Of a DNA stretch of 64,000 nt, positions 1 to 9,563 are shown one piece after another. Numbering within the stretch: position 1 is the first letter of the stretch; each line of letters opens with the position of its first letter. Both the position numbers and the translations under genes were made by a program. The notes beneath the pieces are model-generated. The model was not told where the DNA came from. It did not search any database and was given only the letters and a program-made list of their open reading frames with translations. The DNA is from Uncultured Candidatus Berkiella sp. (lineage in GTDB: Bacteria; Pseudomonadota; Gammaproteobacteria; Berkiellales; Berkiellaceae), in NCBI GenBank assembly GCA_964502705.1, contig CAZCXZ010000001.1, positions 25,407 to 89,406 on the forward strand, read 5' to 3'.

Positions 1-108
1 AATATTTAGGAATCGTGGAAGTGCGACGGATGCTAAGATACCCAGCAATACAATTACAATGACCAATTCGATCAAGGTAAAACCCTTTTGATATGTTACT
101 GGTCTCAT
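1..108 (-). CDS. Type IV pilin (MSHA-type), N-terminal part; runs off the window edge
   Basis: Manual translation from ATG at 108: MRPVTYQKG/FTLIELVIVIVLLGILASVALPRFLNI. Prepilin cleavage/methylation motif G-FTLIE; not in the ORF track. Confidence 0.9.
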   Translation of the reverse strand, partial: MRPVTYQKGFTLIELVIVIVLLGILASVALPRFLNI

Positions 109-117
109 ATTCAAACC

Positions 118-645
118 TTATGGGTAGGTTACTTCACCTGTTTTTGCATCGTAGGTGATTTTTTCATTAGTACGGCGATAAGTGTAAACACAACTATCTT
201 CACTGTTTGCTTTTGCACAAAAATCACCACTGCTGCACTTACCTGACTCATCGGCTGGAATAATGCTGATGCCCGAGGTTTTAACAACTTTAAATAGAAT
301 TTGGCTGCAAGTATCATTTCCAGATACACCGCCATCCTTTATTTCGGACAAACCATGTACGCCATCACCACTGATACCAACAGGATAGCCTGCCTTATTA
401 AAACGTATACGAGCGACACCCGTACCATCAATGTCCACAAAACGATCTGTGCGATCGTTGAGTTCCCATTGAGCCTTAGCAACGTTTAGCCCGGAACTAA
501 ATGCACCACCAGTCGACGCAACAATTGCCGATCGCGCTTTATCGCTGACATTTAAATACCGTGGCAAAGCAACTGCTGCTAATAAACCTAGCAATACAAC
601 CACAATCACCAATTCGATAAGGGTAAAGCCTTTTGTCTTTTGCAT
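118..645 (-). CDS. MSHA-type type IV pilin (MshA/MshB-like)
   Basis: MQKTKG/FTLIELVIVVVLLGLLAAVALPRY prepilin motif and C-terminal cysteines. Start moved to the ATG at 645 (track start 705). Confidence 0.88.
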   Translation of the reverse strand: MQKTKGFTLIELVIVVVLLGLLAAVALPRYLNVSDKARSAIVASTGGAFSSGLNVAKAQWELNDRTDRFVDIDGTGVARIRFNKAGYPVGISGDGVHGLSEIKDGGVSGNDTCSQILFKVVKTSGISIIPADESGKCSSGDFCAKANSEDSCVYTYRRTNEKITYDAKTGEVTYP

Positions 646-705
646 ACGCAAACTTCCAGAGTTACTTATACCTAAAATTATAGTTGGCAATATTTTTGAC
701 TTCAC

Positions 706-1944
706 TTAAACCCCATCCATTTTTCTCAGTGCCACTGTAGAAATATCCCACATGGGTAAAAATACTCCAAGCGCTAACATTAAAACCATTATCGCTATAA
801 TAATGATTAATATAGGCTCTAATAGATCGCCTAGTTTTCTTAAATCATAATCAACATCTTTTTCGTAATAATATGCGATGTCTAAAAGAATTTTATCAAC
901 TTCACCAGTCTCTTCACCCACCGCCATCATTTGCAAAGCAATCGGTGAAAAAATGTTACTTTGCTTAGCTGCTTTATAAAGTGACTCTCCGCGCTCTATA
1001 CCCTGGCGCATAAAAAGTATTTTTTCAGACAAGTAGGGATTATCTGCAACATTCGCAACCACCTTGAATGCTTGCATCAAAGGAACGTTTGAACTTATTG
1101 CCATAGAAAATGCGCGACAGAATCTTGCGTATATTGAACGACGAATTATCGAGCCTACCATGGGGATCTGCAATTTGACATAGGAAAACCACCATTTCCC
1201 TTTTGGCGTATGTGAATAAGTTAATCCACCAATCGTGAGCATTACCATCAGTATTCCAATTAACCAACCATGATTAACAAAGAGATCCGAGGTGGTTATT
1301 AACATTCGGGTTGGCAAAGGTAAGTTAGAACCGAATGCTGTGAAGAAATCACGAAAGGCGGGAATGACCATAACATTAATAATAATGAGGGCCATGACAA
1401 TTGCAATGATAACAATCATCGGATAACGAATTGCCGTTTTAATTCGTTGCTTGGTTGACTGTTCAGTTTCTAAATAGCCTTTGATTTGTAGAAAGGCACT
1501 TTCAAGTTGTCCTGTATTTTCACCGACTTCGATCATCGCTATCATTAATGGCTGAAATACCATTGGGTACTTACTTAACGCCTTGCTAAAACTGTAGCCT
1601 GATTCCAAATTGATGATGACATCGGTTATAACATTTCTAAAAACGGTATGCTTGGTGGTTTCACCAATCACTTTTAAGCCATAAATTAAGGAAACGCCTG
1701 CTTTTAATAGCGAATGCATCTGTTGAGAGAAAATAATGAGATCTTCGGTTTTTGGCAACCCTATACCAAACAACTTCATAAGCCAATCTTCAACTGTTTC
1801 TGCATTCTCTGTAGCGACAATCGAGATTGGCATAATATCGATACTAGATAGCTTTGCCGCAACGCTGTTGGGTGTGGCTGCTTCTATGGCGCCTTGAACA
1901 AGCTGCCCATTTTTATCACGTCCTTTATATTGATAGCTTGGCAT
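706..1944 (-). CDS. mshG: Type II/IV secretion inner-membrane platform protein (PilC/GspF family)
   Basis: MPSYQYKGRD start, two GspF repeats (VGENTGQL, VGEETGEV), RYP, LEP and C-terminal FLPMWD; lies between mshE and the pilins. Confidence 0.92.
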   Translation of the reverse strand: MPSYQYKGRDKNGQLVQGAIEAATPNSVAAKLSSIDIMPISIVATENAETVEDWLMKLFGIGLPKTEDLIIFSQQMHSLLKAGVSLIYGLKVIGETTKHTVFRNVITDVIINLESGYSFSKALSKYPMVFQPLMIAMIEVGENTGQLESAFLQIKGYLETEQSTKQRIKTAIRYPMIVIIAIVMALIIINVMVIPAFRDFFTAFGSNLPLPTRMLITTSDLFVNHGWLIGILMVMLTIGGLTYSHTPKGKWWFSYVKLQIPMVGSIIRRSIYARFCRAFSMAISSNVPLMQAFKVVANVADNPYLSEKILFMRQGIERGESLYKAAKQSNIFSPIALQMMAVGEETGEVDKILLDIAYYYEKDVDYDLRKLGDLLEPILIIIIAIMVLMLALGVFLPMWDISTVALRKMDGV

Positions 1945-1952
1945 TTCCCCAC

Positions 1953-3641
1953 CTACTCTATCAATTCTAACGATAAACGAGAAACTTCAGGTAAGCTGAT
2001 GATGCCCTGTTTTGCATATTCTAATGCTGAATGAGCTAATGTTCGGAAAAGGGGATTCTTATTCACTAATTGATTGTATGATTTTAAATCATTATTTTGC
2101 AGTGCGCTCACCATACTCTCTGACATTTCTAAGAATTCATATACACCTATACGCCCTTTATAACCGCGCATAGAACAATGGCTACATCCTTTACCGTTGA
2201 CAAAGCGTATATCGCTATCCACTTTCAAACCCATCGTGGTAAGCATTTTTAGTTCTTCTTGGTTCGGGTGATATGTTTCAATACATCGAGTACAAACCCT
2301 TCTTGCTAAACGTTGTGCAATTACTAAATGAATCGCACTGGATGCAAGATAGGGTTGGATGCCCATATCAAGCAAGCGTAAAATTGCGCTTTTAGCATCG
2401 TTGGTATGTAAAGTGGACAACACTAAATGCCCTGTCATTGCCGCTCGCAATGCTATTTGCCCAGTTTCTTCATCTCGAATTTCACCCACCATAATCACAT
2501 CTGGATCATGTCGCAAAACCGAGCGTAAAATGGTCGAAAAGGTTAGACCTATCTTAGGTTGAACTTGAATTTGGTTAATGCGGTCAAATGCATATTCAAC
2601 AGGGTCTTCAACTGTTATGATTTTCTTTTCTTCTGAATTAATTTCGCTTAATGCAGTATACAAGGTTGTAGACTTACCACTACCTGTTGGCCCGGTCACT
2701 AAAATCATACCGTGCGGTCGTTTTAAATGTGCTCGAAAATGACTGATATACTTGGCTTCCATCCCCAATTCTTCTAAGTGCAGCAATCCTGTTGTTTGAT
2801 CTAATAATCTCATGACAACCGATTCACCATTTTGCACTGGCATGGTCGCTATACGTACATCTATCTTTTTGTCTTTTACTCGAATGGTAAACCGACCATC
2901 TTGTGGAAGGCGTCTTTCTGAAATATTAAGCTTAGCAATCAATTTAAGTTTTAGAATCAGGGCGCTTATAATATTTTTACCTTGCATGACTTGTTCTTGC
3001 AGCACACCATCTACACGCAGCCTGATCCGTAAACCATCATCAGCAGGTTCAATATGAATATCAGAAGCATTTACCTGCACCGCATCTTCAAAAATGGACT
3101 GCAACAGTTTTTTGATGGGCGCATCATGTGCCTCATCTTCAATTTCATTGACAATTCCTGAAAACGCGATTTCTTGTTCCAACTCTCCAACTAAAGAGGC
3201 GATTTCTTCCGTGCGACGATATACTTCGTCTAATATTCTGGATAGCTCGCTTTCGCGTACAATCACTACTCGAATGTTCTTTTTAAGTTTTCGTGCGATT
3301 TCATCATACCCAACAATATCTGTGGGATCGGTCATTGCAACTAAGAAGCCATCTTTAATCCTATCCAGCGGGATCGCTTTTAATCTTCTGGCGAGTGCTT
3401 CTGGTAGTTCTCTAATCACTTCCGGTTTTATTTTGTACGAATTGAGTTCAAGAAAGGGTATATTCAATTGCTTGGCAAGAAACATCACCAGATCGTTTTC
3501 TTTGATATAGCCCAGCTCGATGAGTACATCACCTAATTTTTTACCCGCACCTTGTTGTTTACGAAGCGCTTTGTCAAGCTGAGTGGTCGTGATTATTTTG
3601 TTCTCTACAAGCAAATCACCTAATCGTAATTTCTTAATCAT
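1953..3641 (-). CDS. mshE: Pilus assembly ATPase (GspE/PilB family) with N-terminal MshEN c-di-GMP-binding motif
   Basis: Walker A GPTGSGKS, TVEDPVE, LRHDPDVIMVGEIRD, tetra-Cys CTRC/CSHC; tandem RLGDLL.../KLGDVL... MshEN repeats. Confidence 0.95.
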   Translation of the reverse strand: MIKKLRLGDLLVENKIITTTQLDKALRKQQGAGKKLGDVLIELGYIKENDLVMFLAKQLNIPFLELNSYKIKPEVIRELPEALARRLKAIPLDRIKDGFLVAMTDPTDIVGYDEIARKLKKNIRVVIVRESELSRILDEVYRRTEEIASLVGELEQEIAFSGIVNEIEDEAHDAPIKKLLQSIFEDAVQVNASDIHIEPADDGLRIRLRVDGVLQEQVMQGKNIISALILKLKLIAKLNISERRLPQDGRFTIRVKDKKIDVRIATMPVQNGESVVMRLLDQTTGLLHLEELGMEAKYISHFRAHLKRPHGMILVTGPTGSGKSTTLYTALSEINSEEKKIITVEDPVEYAFDRINQIQVQPKIGLTFSTILRSVLRHDPDVIMVGEIRDEETGQIALRAAMTGHLVLSTLHTNDAKSAILRLLDMGIQPYLASSAIHLVIAQRLARRVCTRCIETYHPNQEELKMLTTMGLKVDSDIRFVNGKGCSHCSMRGYKGRIGVYEFLEMSESMVSALQNNDLKSYNQLVNKNPLFRTLAHSALEYAKQGIISLPEVSRLSLELIE

Positions 3642-4338
3642 CCTTTTGCCCTGCTATAATCTCTTTTATCTCAACGCTGGTTTCAATTGGACTACTCAGC
3701 ATATAGACAACTAGGACAATCTGCGCTTGTGGAAACCGCGTGATTCTGTACTCGAGGGATTCCCAACCGATTGGAAATGGAAGTTTTTCTACTCGTTTTA
3801 AGTAGCGAAGCAAATTTTGATACTCACCTGTAAAAGTAATTTTGACACGATGCTTATACAGCGCCGAACTTTCGCTTTGCCCAGCATTTGAATTAAACGG
3901 CACTCTCTCAAGTGTTTCCATGCTAACCAGTTTTAAATTACTGAGATCGCGCAGCATGCTTTCTAATAAGTAAGGTATACGGGTTGGTGGTATGATTTTA
4001 TTTTGAAATTGCAGAAGTGATTCATTTTTCTTTACTAACAACTCTTCTAGTTGTTGCTGTGCACTTGATTTTACTGCGCCTGACTTGGAGCCACCTTGCA
4101 AAATCAGTAATTGATTATGTGTCGCCTCATATTGTTGTACAAGATTCGATTTTTCTTCTTGAATGCTTGCAATCTGATCACTCACGGGTGAAATTAACAA
4201 CGAGTAGATTATAGATGTTATTAATGCGCTACCGGTTATTAACAACAAAACTCTTTCGCGTTGTGTGCGTGAATTAATAACCACTTGGGCAGTTTCTAGT
4301 GATTTCATTGCTTTTTCATAATACGTATTTGTGTGCAT
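3634..4338 (-). CDS. mshJ: MshJ/PilO-like alignment-complex protein
   Basis: RER followed by one TM helix and a coiled coil; C-terminal LYKHRVKITFTGEYQNLLRYLKRVEKLP motif. Confidence 0.8.
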   Translation of the reverse strand: MHTNTYYEKAMKSLETAQVVINSRTQRERVLLLITGSALITSIIYSLLISPVSDQIASIQEEKSNLVQQYEATHNQLLILQGGSKSGAVKSSAQQQLEELLVKKNESLLQFQNKIIPPTRIPYLLESMLRDLSNLKLVSMETLERVPFNSNAGQSESSALYKHRVKITFTGEYQNLLRYLKRVEKLPFPIGWESLEYRITRFPQAQIVLVVYMLSSPIETSVEIKEIIAGQKDD

Positions 4339-4934
4339 TATTCGGCCTGCAAATTAAATTTCACAAAATCTTTATCTTGCTTAAGGTTGTCTAATCTAAC
4401 TTTTCTAACCTGTGAACTAATGAGTGATGGCGACTTTTGCCATGTTTGAACCATAATAGGCACCAATTGTGGCTCTAGCGCAATTCCTGAAAAGGTCATT
4501 TTTTTACCTTCATCTTGTAAACTGATATACGCAAGATAGGTACCTTTTACATGTCGCATAGCTATTGATTCAACATAAAAAGAGAAGGGATGACGCTCAT
4601 CTTCTTCCAATTTCTTTAATTGCGTCACAACGTTATCAACATCGGAAATTCTTTCCTTTAATAGCGCTAGCTCTCCTTTAGAAGCATTCATGTTTCTCGC
4701 TTTCTTTGCTTGCGCAAGCTCAACTAGTTGATCGCTTTCTTTACTTTGTTCCACTTTTAAATTTTCAATTTCTTTAAGCTGAGATCCCAAGCTTATCTTG
4801 TGAAAAAGAGCAACAACGATCAAAAAGGCACCTAGTCCAAGCCAAATTTGTGAAATCCGTAACGCGGACAAACCTGGAGCAAAGATATCTGCTTTTTGAT
4901 ACAAGTTAATTTTTTGCTTAAGATTATTCATCAT
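4338..4934 (-). CDS. PilN-like MSHA biogenesis protein (MshI C-terminal module)
   Basis: KQKINLY motif, TM helix, coiled coil and PilN-like C-terminus; position between mshI and mshJ. Confidence 0.7.
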   Translation of the reverse strand: MMNNLKQKINLYQKADIFAPGLSALRISQIWLGLGAFLIVVALFHKISLGSQLKEIENLKVEQSKESDQLVELAQAKKARNMNASKGELALLKERISDVDNVVTQLKKLEEDERHPFSFYVESIAMRHVKGTYLAYISLQDEGKKMTFSGIALEPQLVPIMVQTWQKSPSLISSQVRKVRLDNLKQDKDFVKFNLQAE

Positions 4935-5848
4935 ACTGTCGTGCTTATCGCGGCGCCTATTGCGTAAGCGCTACTGTTTGACTGGTTGGGGGTTAACTTA
5001 TCTGTTTCATTTATAAACTCTGAATAATTAATCATTCTCACTGGCAAGCCTAAAATATTACTTAAGCTGGATAATACTTCTGTCTTACGTTCTGGCAAAG
5101 GTGTTAACACAATTCTTGAGATCCCTGCATTCTTCAAATTACTTGAGCAGTAATCGATTGAGCGTTGTATTTCCAATGCAAGATCCTGTAATTCTATATT
5201 TTCTTTAATATGCTGATACCCAAGATCAAAATCTCGCATCATGTACAATGTTTTGTTCTTAAATAAAATAATATGACTTTTATATTCTTCGATATGTAAA
5301 AGCGCCTGCCCGACGTCAGAATCATCTAGTTGAAATGCTATTTCTCGTAAAGCGCTTTGACAGATATCCACTGAGGTAACTTTTAGCCCTAGAGATTTAA
5401 TATTGTCAGCATATTCATCAATAAGACTTTTTCGAGTGACAACCACATATGTTAAGGCAACACTCGTTTCCTTGGATTTTTGTGGTACTTCAATGTAGTC
5501 AACCACTGCTTCTTCTACGGGGAAATCAATATATTCGGCAATTCGCCAACGAATAGCTTCTCTTTTTTCATTACTTGAAACGATAGGCTGTTCCACAAGG
5601 AATATTTGATAGTCGTTTTGTGGAATAAGTACGGTTGTTGGAGCCGACAACAAACCGAATTCTGCAATCTTATTTTCTAGAAAGGATTTTTGCTGGTCCC
5701 ATTCACTGGCTTCATGATATTCGATGTCAATGAGTGTTTTGGTATTATTGGTTGCTTTCACTAAAACAAATCGTGTGCCATGTTGCGTGAATTGCACACA
5801 CAACAGCTTTTCGTTATTCAATTCCTTTTTCATTTTGAAAAGCGACAT
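4931..5848 (-). CDS. mshI: MshI/PilM-like cytoplasmic pilus biogenesis protein
   Basis: YQIFLVEQP, AIRWRIAEYIDFP, LALEIQRSIDY and terminal AIGAA motifs typical of MshI. Confidence 0.8.
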   Translation of the reverse strand: MSLFKMKKELNNEKLLCVQFTQHGTRFVLVKATNNTKTLIDIEYHEASEWDQQKSFLENKIAEFGLLSAPTTVLIPQNDYQIFLVEQPIVSSNEKREAIRWRIAEYIDFPVEEAVVDYIEVPQKSKETSVALTYVVVTRKSLIDEYADNIKSLGLKVTSVDICQSALREIAFQLDDSDVGQALLHIEEYKSHIILFKNKTLYMMRDFDLGYQHIKENIELQDLALEIQRSIDYCSSNLKNAGISRIVLTPLPERKTEVLSSLSNILGLPVRMINYSEFINETDKLTPNQSNSSAYAIGAAISTTV

Positions 5849-5856
5849 CGCCTACC

Positions 5857-5885
5857 CATCCTTGCCTACTAGATAAACATCCTGT
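5857..5885 (-). promoter_or_regulatory. Two predicted CsrA/RsmA binding sites in the msh operon leader
   Basis: Minus strand ACAGGATGT (5885-5877) and CAAGGATG (5864-5857), the latter overlapping the RBS just upstream of ATG 5848. Confidence 0.55.
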
Positions 5886-6024
5886 CAAGGCCAATTCTCG
5901 CGCAACCTCGTATATAGGAATTGTAGTATTCTAACCAACTTATACAAGCTAGCTTCAGCTCTTTTTGCAATTGCCGATGATAAACATGTCAGGCCTTTTG
6001 TTGGCAGATGAAAAATAAGCAGGT

Positions 6025-6975
6025 ATGCCCATGGAAAATTCACGCAAGGCGACTACAGTTAGGACGTTTTTCGCCGCAGTAACGCTAGGGATGGGCGTTA
6101 GTATAATCCCCCAAATCAGTATGGGGGCCACGTATGTGTTGCCACACAATGGCAACATTGTCGGAAATCTTCAGCAAGCAATAGTTCAGCCCGGAGATAC
6201 GCTCTCTTCACTTGGGCTTCGCTATGGCGTTGGCGGCTATGAAATGATAGAAGCCAATCCGGGTGTTAGTTTCCGTGATCCACCCGAAGGTGGCACGTTG
6301 CTCGTCCCTTCACGTTACATACTGCCTGAAGGACGCAAAGGCATTGTTATTAACATTGCAGAATTGCGTTTATATTACTTTCATCCAGATGGCGTGCATG
6401 TTTCAACCTATCCGATTGGGATTGGCAAGAACGGTTGGGATACGCCCTTAGGAAAAACCTCCATTACGCGTATGAGAGAAAAACCAACGTGGGTGGTGCC
6501 CGACTCGATTATTGAAAACCATTTAGCGCACGGGAAAGTGATCCCCAAAGTAAAACCACCTGGCCCTGATAATCCTTTAGGTGACTATGCCATGAATATT
6601 GGTTTTAAAGGTGCCAGCATTGTGATCCATGGTACGCCTTATCCAAAGCGTGTTGGATTACGAGCAAGTCATGGCTGTATTAATATGACGAATGAAGATG
6701 TGGGTGAATTATTTCGCATGGTAAAAGTTGGTACGCCAGTTGAAGTTATTCATCAATCGACAAAAATTGGTAAATTGGATAATAAAATCTATTTAGAATC
6801 CCATGTGCCAGTTTCAAATGAGCTACAATCCACCAACTACCAAGATATTGGTTCGATGATTCAAAAAGTGACCAGTAAACTTGGCAGCGGTAATTACAAA
6901 GTAGAATGGCAAGAAGTCGACAATCTACAACGGAGCCATCAAGGCTACCCACTACCGATTGGATCCATTTTCTAA
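6025..6975 (+). CDS. L,D-transpeptidase (ErfK/YcfS/YnhG family) with LysM domain
   Basis: Signal peptide, LysM (VQPGDTLSSLG), YkuD motifs GPDNPLG, IHGT and ASHGCI. Confidence 0.92.
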   Translation: MPMENSRKATTVRTFFAAVTLGMGVSIIPQISMGATYVLPHNGNIVGNLQQAIVQPGDTLSSLGLRYGVGGYEMIEANPGVSFRDPPEGGTLLVPSRYILPEGRKGIVINIAELRLYYFHPDGVHVSTYPIGIGKNGWDTPLGKTSITRMREKPTWVVPDSIIENHLAHGKVIPKVKPPGPDNPLGDYAMNIGFKGASIVIHGTPYPKRVGLRASHGCINMTNEDVGELFRMVKVGTPVEVIHQSTKIGKLDNKIYLESHVPVSNELQSTNYQDIGSMIQKVTSKLGSGNYKVEWQEVDNLQRSHQGYPLPIGSIF

Positions 6976-7012
6976 AATATGGCAATATCGACTCTTCTTT
7001 CGGAGAGTCGAT

Positions 7013-7477
7013 ATGTTTTCTATCATTTTATACGAACCAGAAATCCCACCCAACACAGGCAATATCATACGACTGTGTGCCAATACCGGTGCCGCATTAC
7101 ATTTAATTGAACCTTTAGGTTTTGTGCTCGATGATAAAAATCTGCGCAGGGCCGGTTTAGACTACCACGCGTTAACCAATATCCACATTCATGCTGACTA
7201 TGCCACTTGTTTGGCACATTTTACGGATAAGCGGATTTTTGCCTTAAGCGCCAAAGCCACCACTTTATACACCCAACCTCAATTTGTTGCGGGAGATGCA
7301 TTTTTATTTGGCCCGGAAACTCGAGGCTTACCTGCCGATTTGCGGAACAGTTTTCCAAAAGAACAATTATTGCGCTTACCGCAATTAACTGTTGATCGTA
7401 GTTTAAATTTATCGAATACCGCAGCAATTATGGTCTTTGAAGCCTGGCGACAACTCAATTTTAGTCCTCTGGGCTGA
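7013..7477 (+). CDS. trmL: tRNA (cytidine/uridine-34 2'-O)-methyltransferase, SPOUT family
   Basis: PEIPPNTGNIIRLCAN, RRAGLDY, FGPETRGLP, RSLNLSN; start set at ATG 7013 after GGAG. Confidence 0.95.
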   Translation: MFSIILYEPEIPPNTGNIIRLCANTGAALHLIEPLGFVLDDKNLRRAGLDYHALTNIHIHADYATCLAHFTDKRIFALSAKATTLYTQPQFVAGDAFLFGPETRGLPADLRNSFPKEQLLRLPQLTVDRSLNLSNTAAIMVFEAWRQLNFSPLG

Positions 7478-7508
7478 ATTTTCAGCTGCTTTGACTAACG
7501 TCGTAATG

Positions 7509-8510
7509 TTAAGTGGTTTCGATTTTAGGGGGACGTGCTAAAAGATTATTGACCGCCTGTTGTGGGCTCAAGTTTCCAAACAGCACATCAAATACTTGGC
7601 TACAGATCGGCATTTCGACATTTAACCTTTTCGCAAGCAGCATGACCTGCCTGGCGTTGGTTTTGCCTTCAACCACTTGTCCAATGGTTTGTTCCGCTTG
7701 TGATTGTGAAATCCCTTGGCCAAGGCTTAGACCAAAGCGACGGTTGCGAGATTGATTATCCGTACACGTGAGTACGATATCACCCACCCCTGATAAACCT
7801 ATCAAAGTAGTATGTTTGGCGCCCAGCGCGTCACCTAAACGACAGAGCTCTGCTAAACCGCGCGTAATTAAAGCCGATCGCGCATTCGCCCCATAACCCA
7901 AACCATCTGACATGCCCACCGCAATGGCTAGTACGTTTTTAACCGCACCACCAAGTTCAACGCCTTGAACATCATCAGACAAGTAAACTCGAAAAGTTTC
8001 ACTATGAAAAGCCGTTTGCAAAGCCTGCCCGAATGCAGTTTCGGTGGTTGCGATAGTGACTGCCGTTGGCAACCCTTTAGCAACTTCGGTTGCAAAACTA
8101 GGTCCTGACAAAATTGCCATAGGACGCTTACCACAATTTTTTTCACAAACTTCATGAAGAAGCTCACCTTGTTCAGACAACCCTTTAGTCGCCCACACAA
8201 TCCCACTATCAACTGGTAAAAAGGGGGCGATTAATTGCATCACTTCTGCAAAGGCATGGCTTGGCACAACTATCAGTATGAGGGTTGTGTTAGTAACCTG
8301 TTGAAAAGCATCATTAAGGGAACTCGTAAACGTGACATGCTCGGGAAAGGTAAAACCTGGCAAATATTGTTCATTGATATGCGTTTTAGAACAAGCCACC
8401 ATCGCATCAGGATCGTGTCCCCACAGCGTCACTTGGTGATGCTGTTTGGCTAAGTAGAGCGCAAGTGCACTACCCCAGGATCCCGATCCTAATACGATGC
8501 AAGATGTCAT
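7509..8510 (-). CDS. gpsA: NAD(P)H-dependent glycerol-3-phosphate dehydrogenase
   Basis: GSGSWG, WATKG, SGPSFA, GGAVKNVLAIA, TCTDNQSRNRRFG; follows secB. Confidence 0.97.
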   Translation of the reverse strand: MTSCIVLGSGSWGSALALYLAKQHHQVTLWGHDPDAMVACSKTHINEQYLPGFTFPEHVTFTSSLNDAFQQVTNTTLILIVVPSHAFAEVMQLIAPFLPVDSGIVWATKGLSEQGELLHEVCEKNCGKRPMAILSGPSFATEVAKGLPTAVTIATTETAFGQALQTAFHSETFRVYLSDDVQGVELGGAVKNVLAIAVGMSDGLGYGANARSALITRGLAELCRLGDALGAKHTTLIGLSGVGDIVLTCTDNQSRNRRFGLSLGQGISQSQAEQTIGQVVEGKTNARQVMLLAKRLNVEMPICSQVFDVLFGNLSPQQAVNNLLARPPKIETT

Positions 8511-8986
8511 TGGCGTGTCGCTTGACCTTCGCCTTCTTTACCCTTTTTTTGCTGCTCTAAATGTTGCAAATAAAGCGCATCAAAATTGACAGGGGCTAGT
8601 AATAATTGTGGGAAACCACCACGAATAACGATATCAGAAATCGTTTCACGCGCATAAGGGTAGAGAATATTTGGGCACATGCTACCTAAAGCGTGCGCTA
8701 ACTGATCTTGCGCAAAACCTTTTAAGGTAAAGATACCGGCTTCATGGACTTCAACTAAGAAAGCAACGCGCTCACCCATTTTTACAGTGACCGTTAAATG
8801 CAAGATAACTTCGTATATTGTATCTTCTAAACGGTTGGTTTTGGTTTGCAAGTCTACATTGACTTCAGGTTTCCATTCCTCACGGAAAATCTCTGGCGCA
8901 TGGGGTGTTTCAAAAGAAACATCTTTAACGTAAATACGTTGGATGGTAAACATGGGTCCATCTTGATTAGGTTTATTTTCTGCCAT
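8507..8986 (-). CDS. secB: Protein-export chaperone SecB
   Basis: IQRIYVKDVSFETP, CPNILYPYARE, LAPVNFDALY. Confidence 0.98.
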   Translation of the reverse strand: MAENKPNQDGPMFTIQRIYVKDVSFETPHAPEIFREEWKPEVNVDLQTKTNRLEDTIYEVILHLTVTVKMGERVAFLVEVHEAGIFTLKGFAQDQLAHALGSMCPNILYPYARETISDIVIRGGFPQLLLAPVNFDALYLQHLEQQKKGKEGEGQATRQ

Positions 8987-9009
8987 TTTTAAAGCTTCCT
9001 TCTATAAAA

Positions 9010-9435
9010 TTATGATTTGACCAACGGCATGCCACTTGCTGTCCAGCCATCCATGCCATTTGCTAAAAAGTAAATTTGCGTAAACCCATTCTGAGCGAGC
9101 ACTTTCGTCATTTTAGGTGCTTCAACACCGTTACCACAAACCAAGACAATTGGCTTGGATTTGTATTTGTTCAAAACATTCAGCCTAGTCGCAAAATCAG
9201 CCTGCGGTAAATTGATGGCGCCAATAATATGGCCCTGTTCAAATCGCGCAGCGCTACGGATATCGACGGCAACGCCAGCTGAATGATTAAGTATATTTAC
9301 TAACTCTTGTGGGCCAACTTGTGGCACACCGAAAGCACGATGTCGCCATTCATTGAATAAGAATGCAACGATTAGGGCAAGAAAAGCACCACTGAGCGCC
9401 CAGTGCTCGATAAAAAACTTTAACAGGGGATCCAT
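9010..9435 (-). CDS. Rhodanese-like protein (YibN type)
   Basis: N-terminal TM helix, VDIR...GHIIGA, GMDGW...GMP; upstream of secB (no grxC between them). Confidence 0.88.
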   Translation of the reverse strand: MDPLLKFFIEHWALSGAFLALIVAFLFNEWRHRAFGVPQVGPQELVNILNHSAGVAVDIRSAARFEQGHIIGAINLPQADFATRLNVLNKYKSKPIVLVCGNGVEAPKMTKVLAQNGFTQIYFLANGMDGWTASGMPLVKS

Positions 9436-9563
9436 GCTCCCAACCTCTCACCAAATCAAAGCCGTTCATTATACACACTATCAAGTTAACTAGCGACTTG
9501 AAACCATTGAATTCGAAGACCTACAATGGTGTTTAATTAACACTTTTTCAAGTAAGAATTTTC

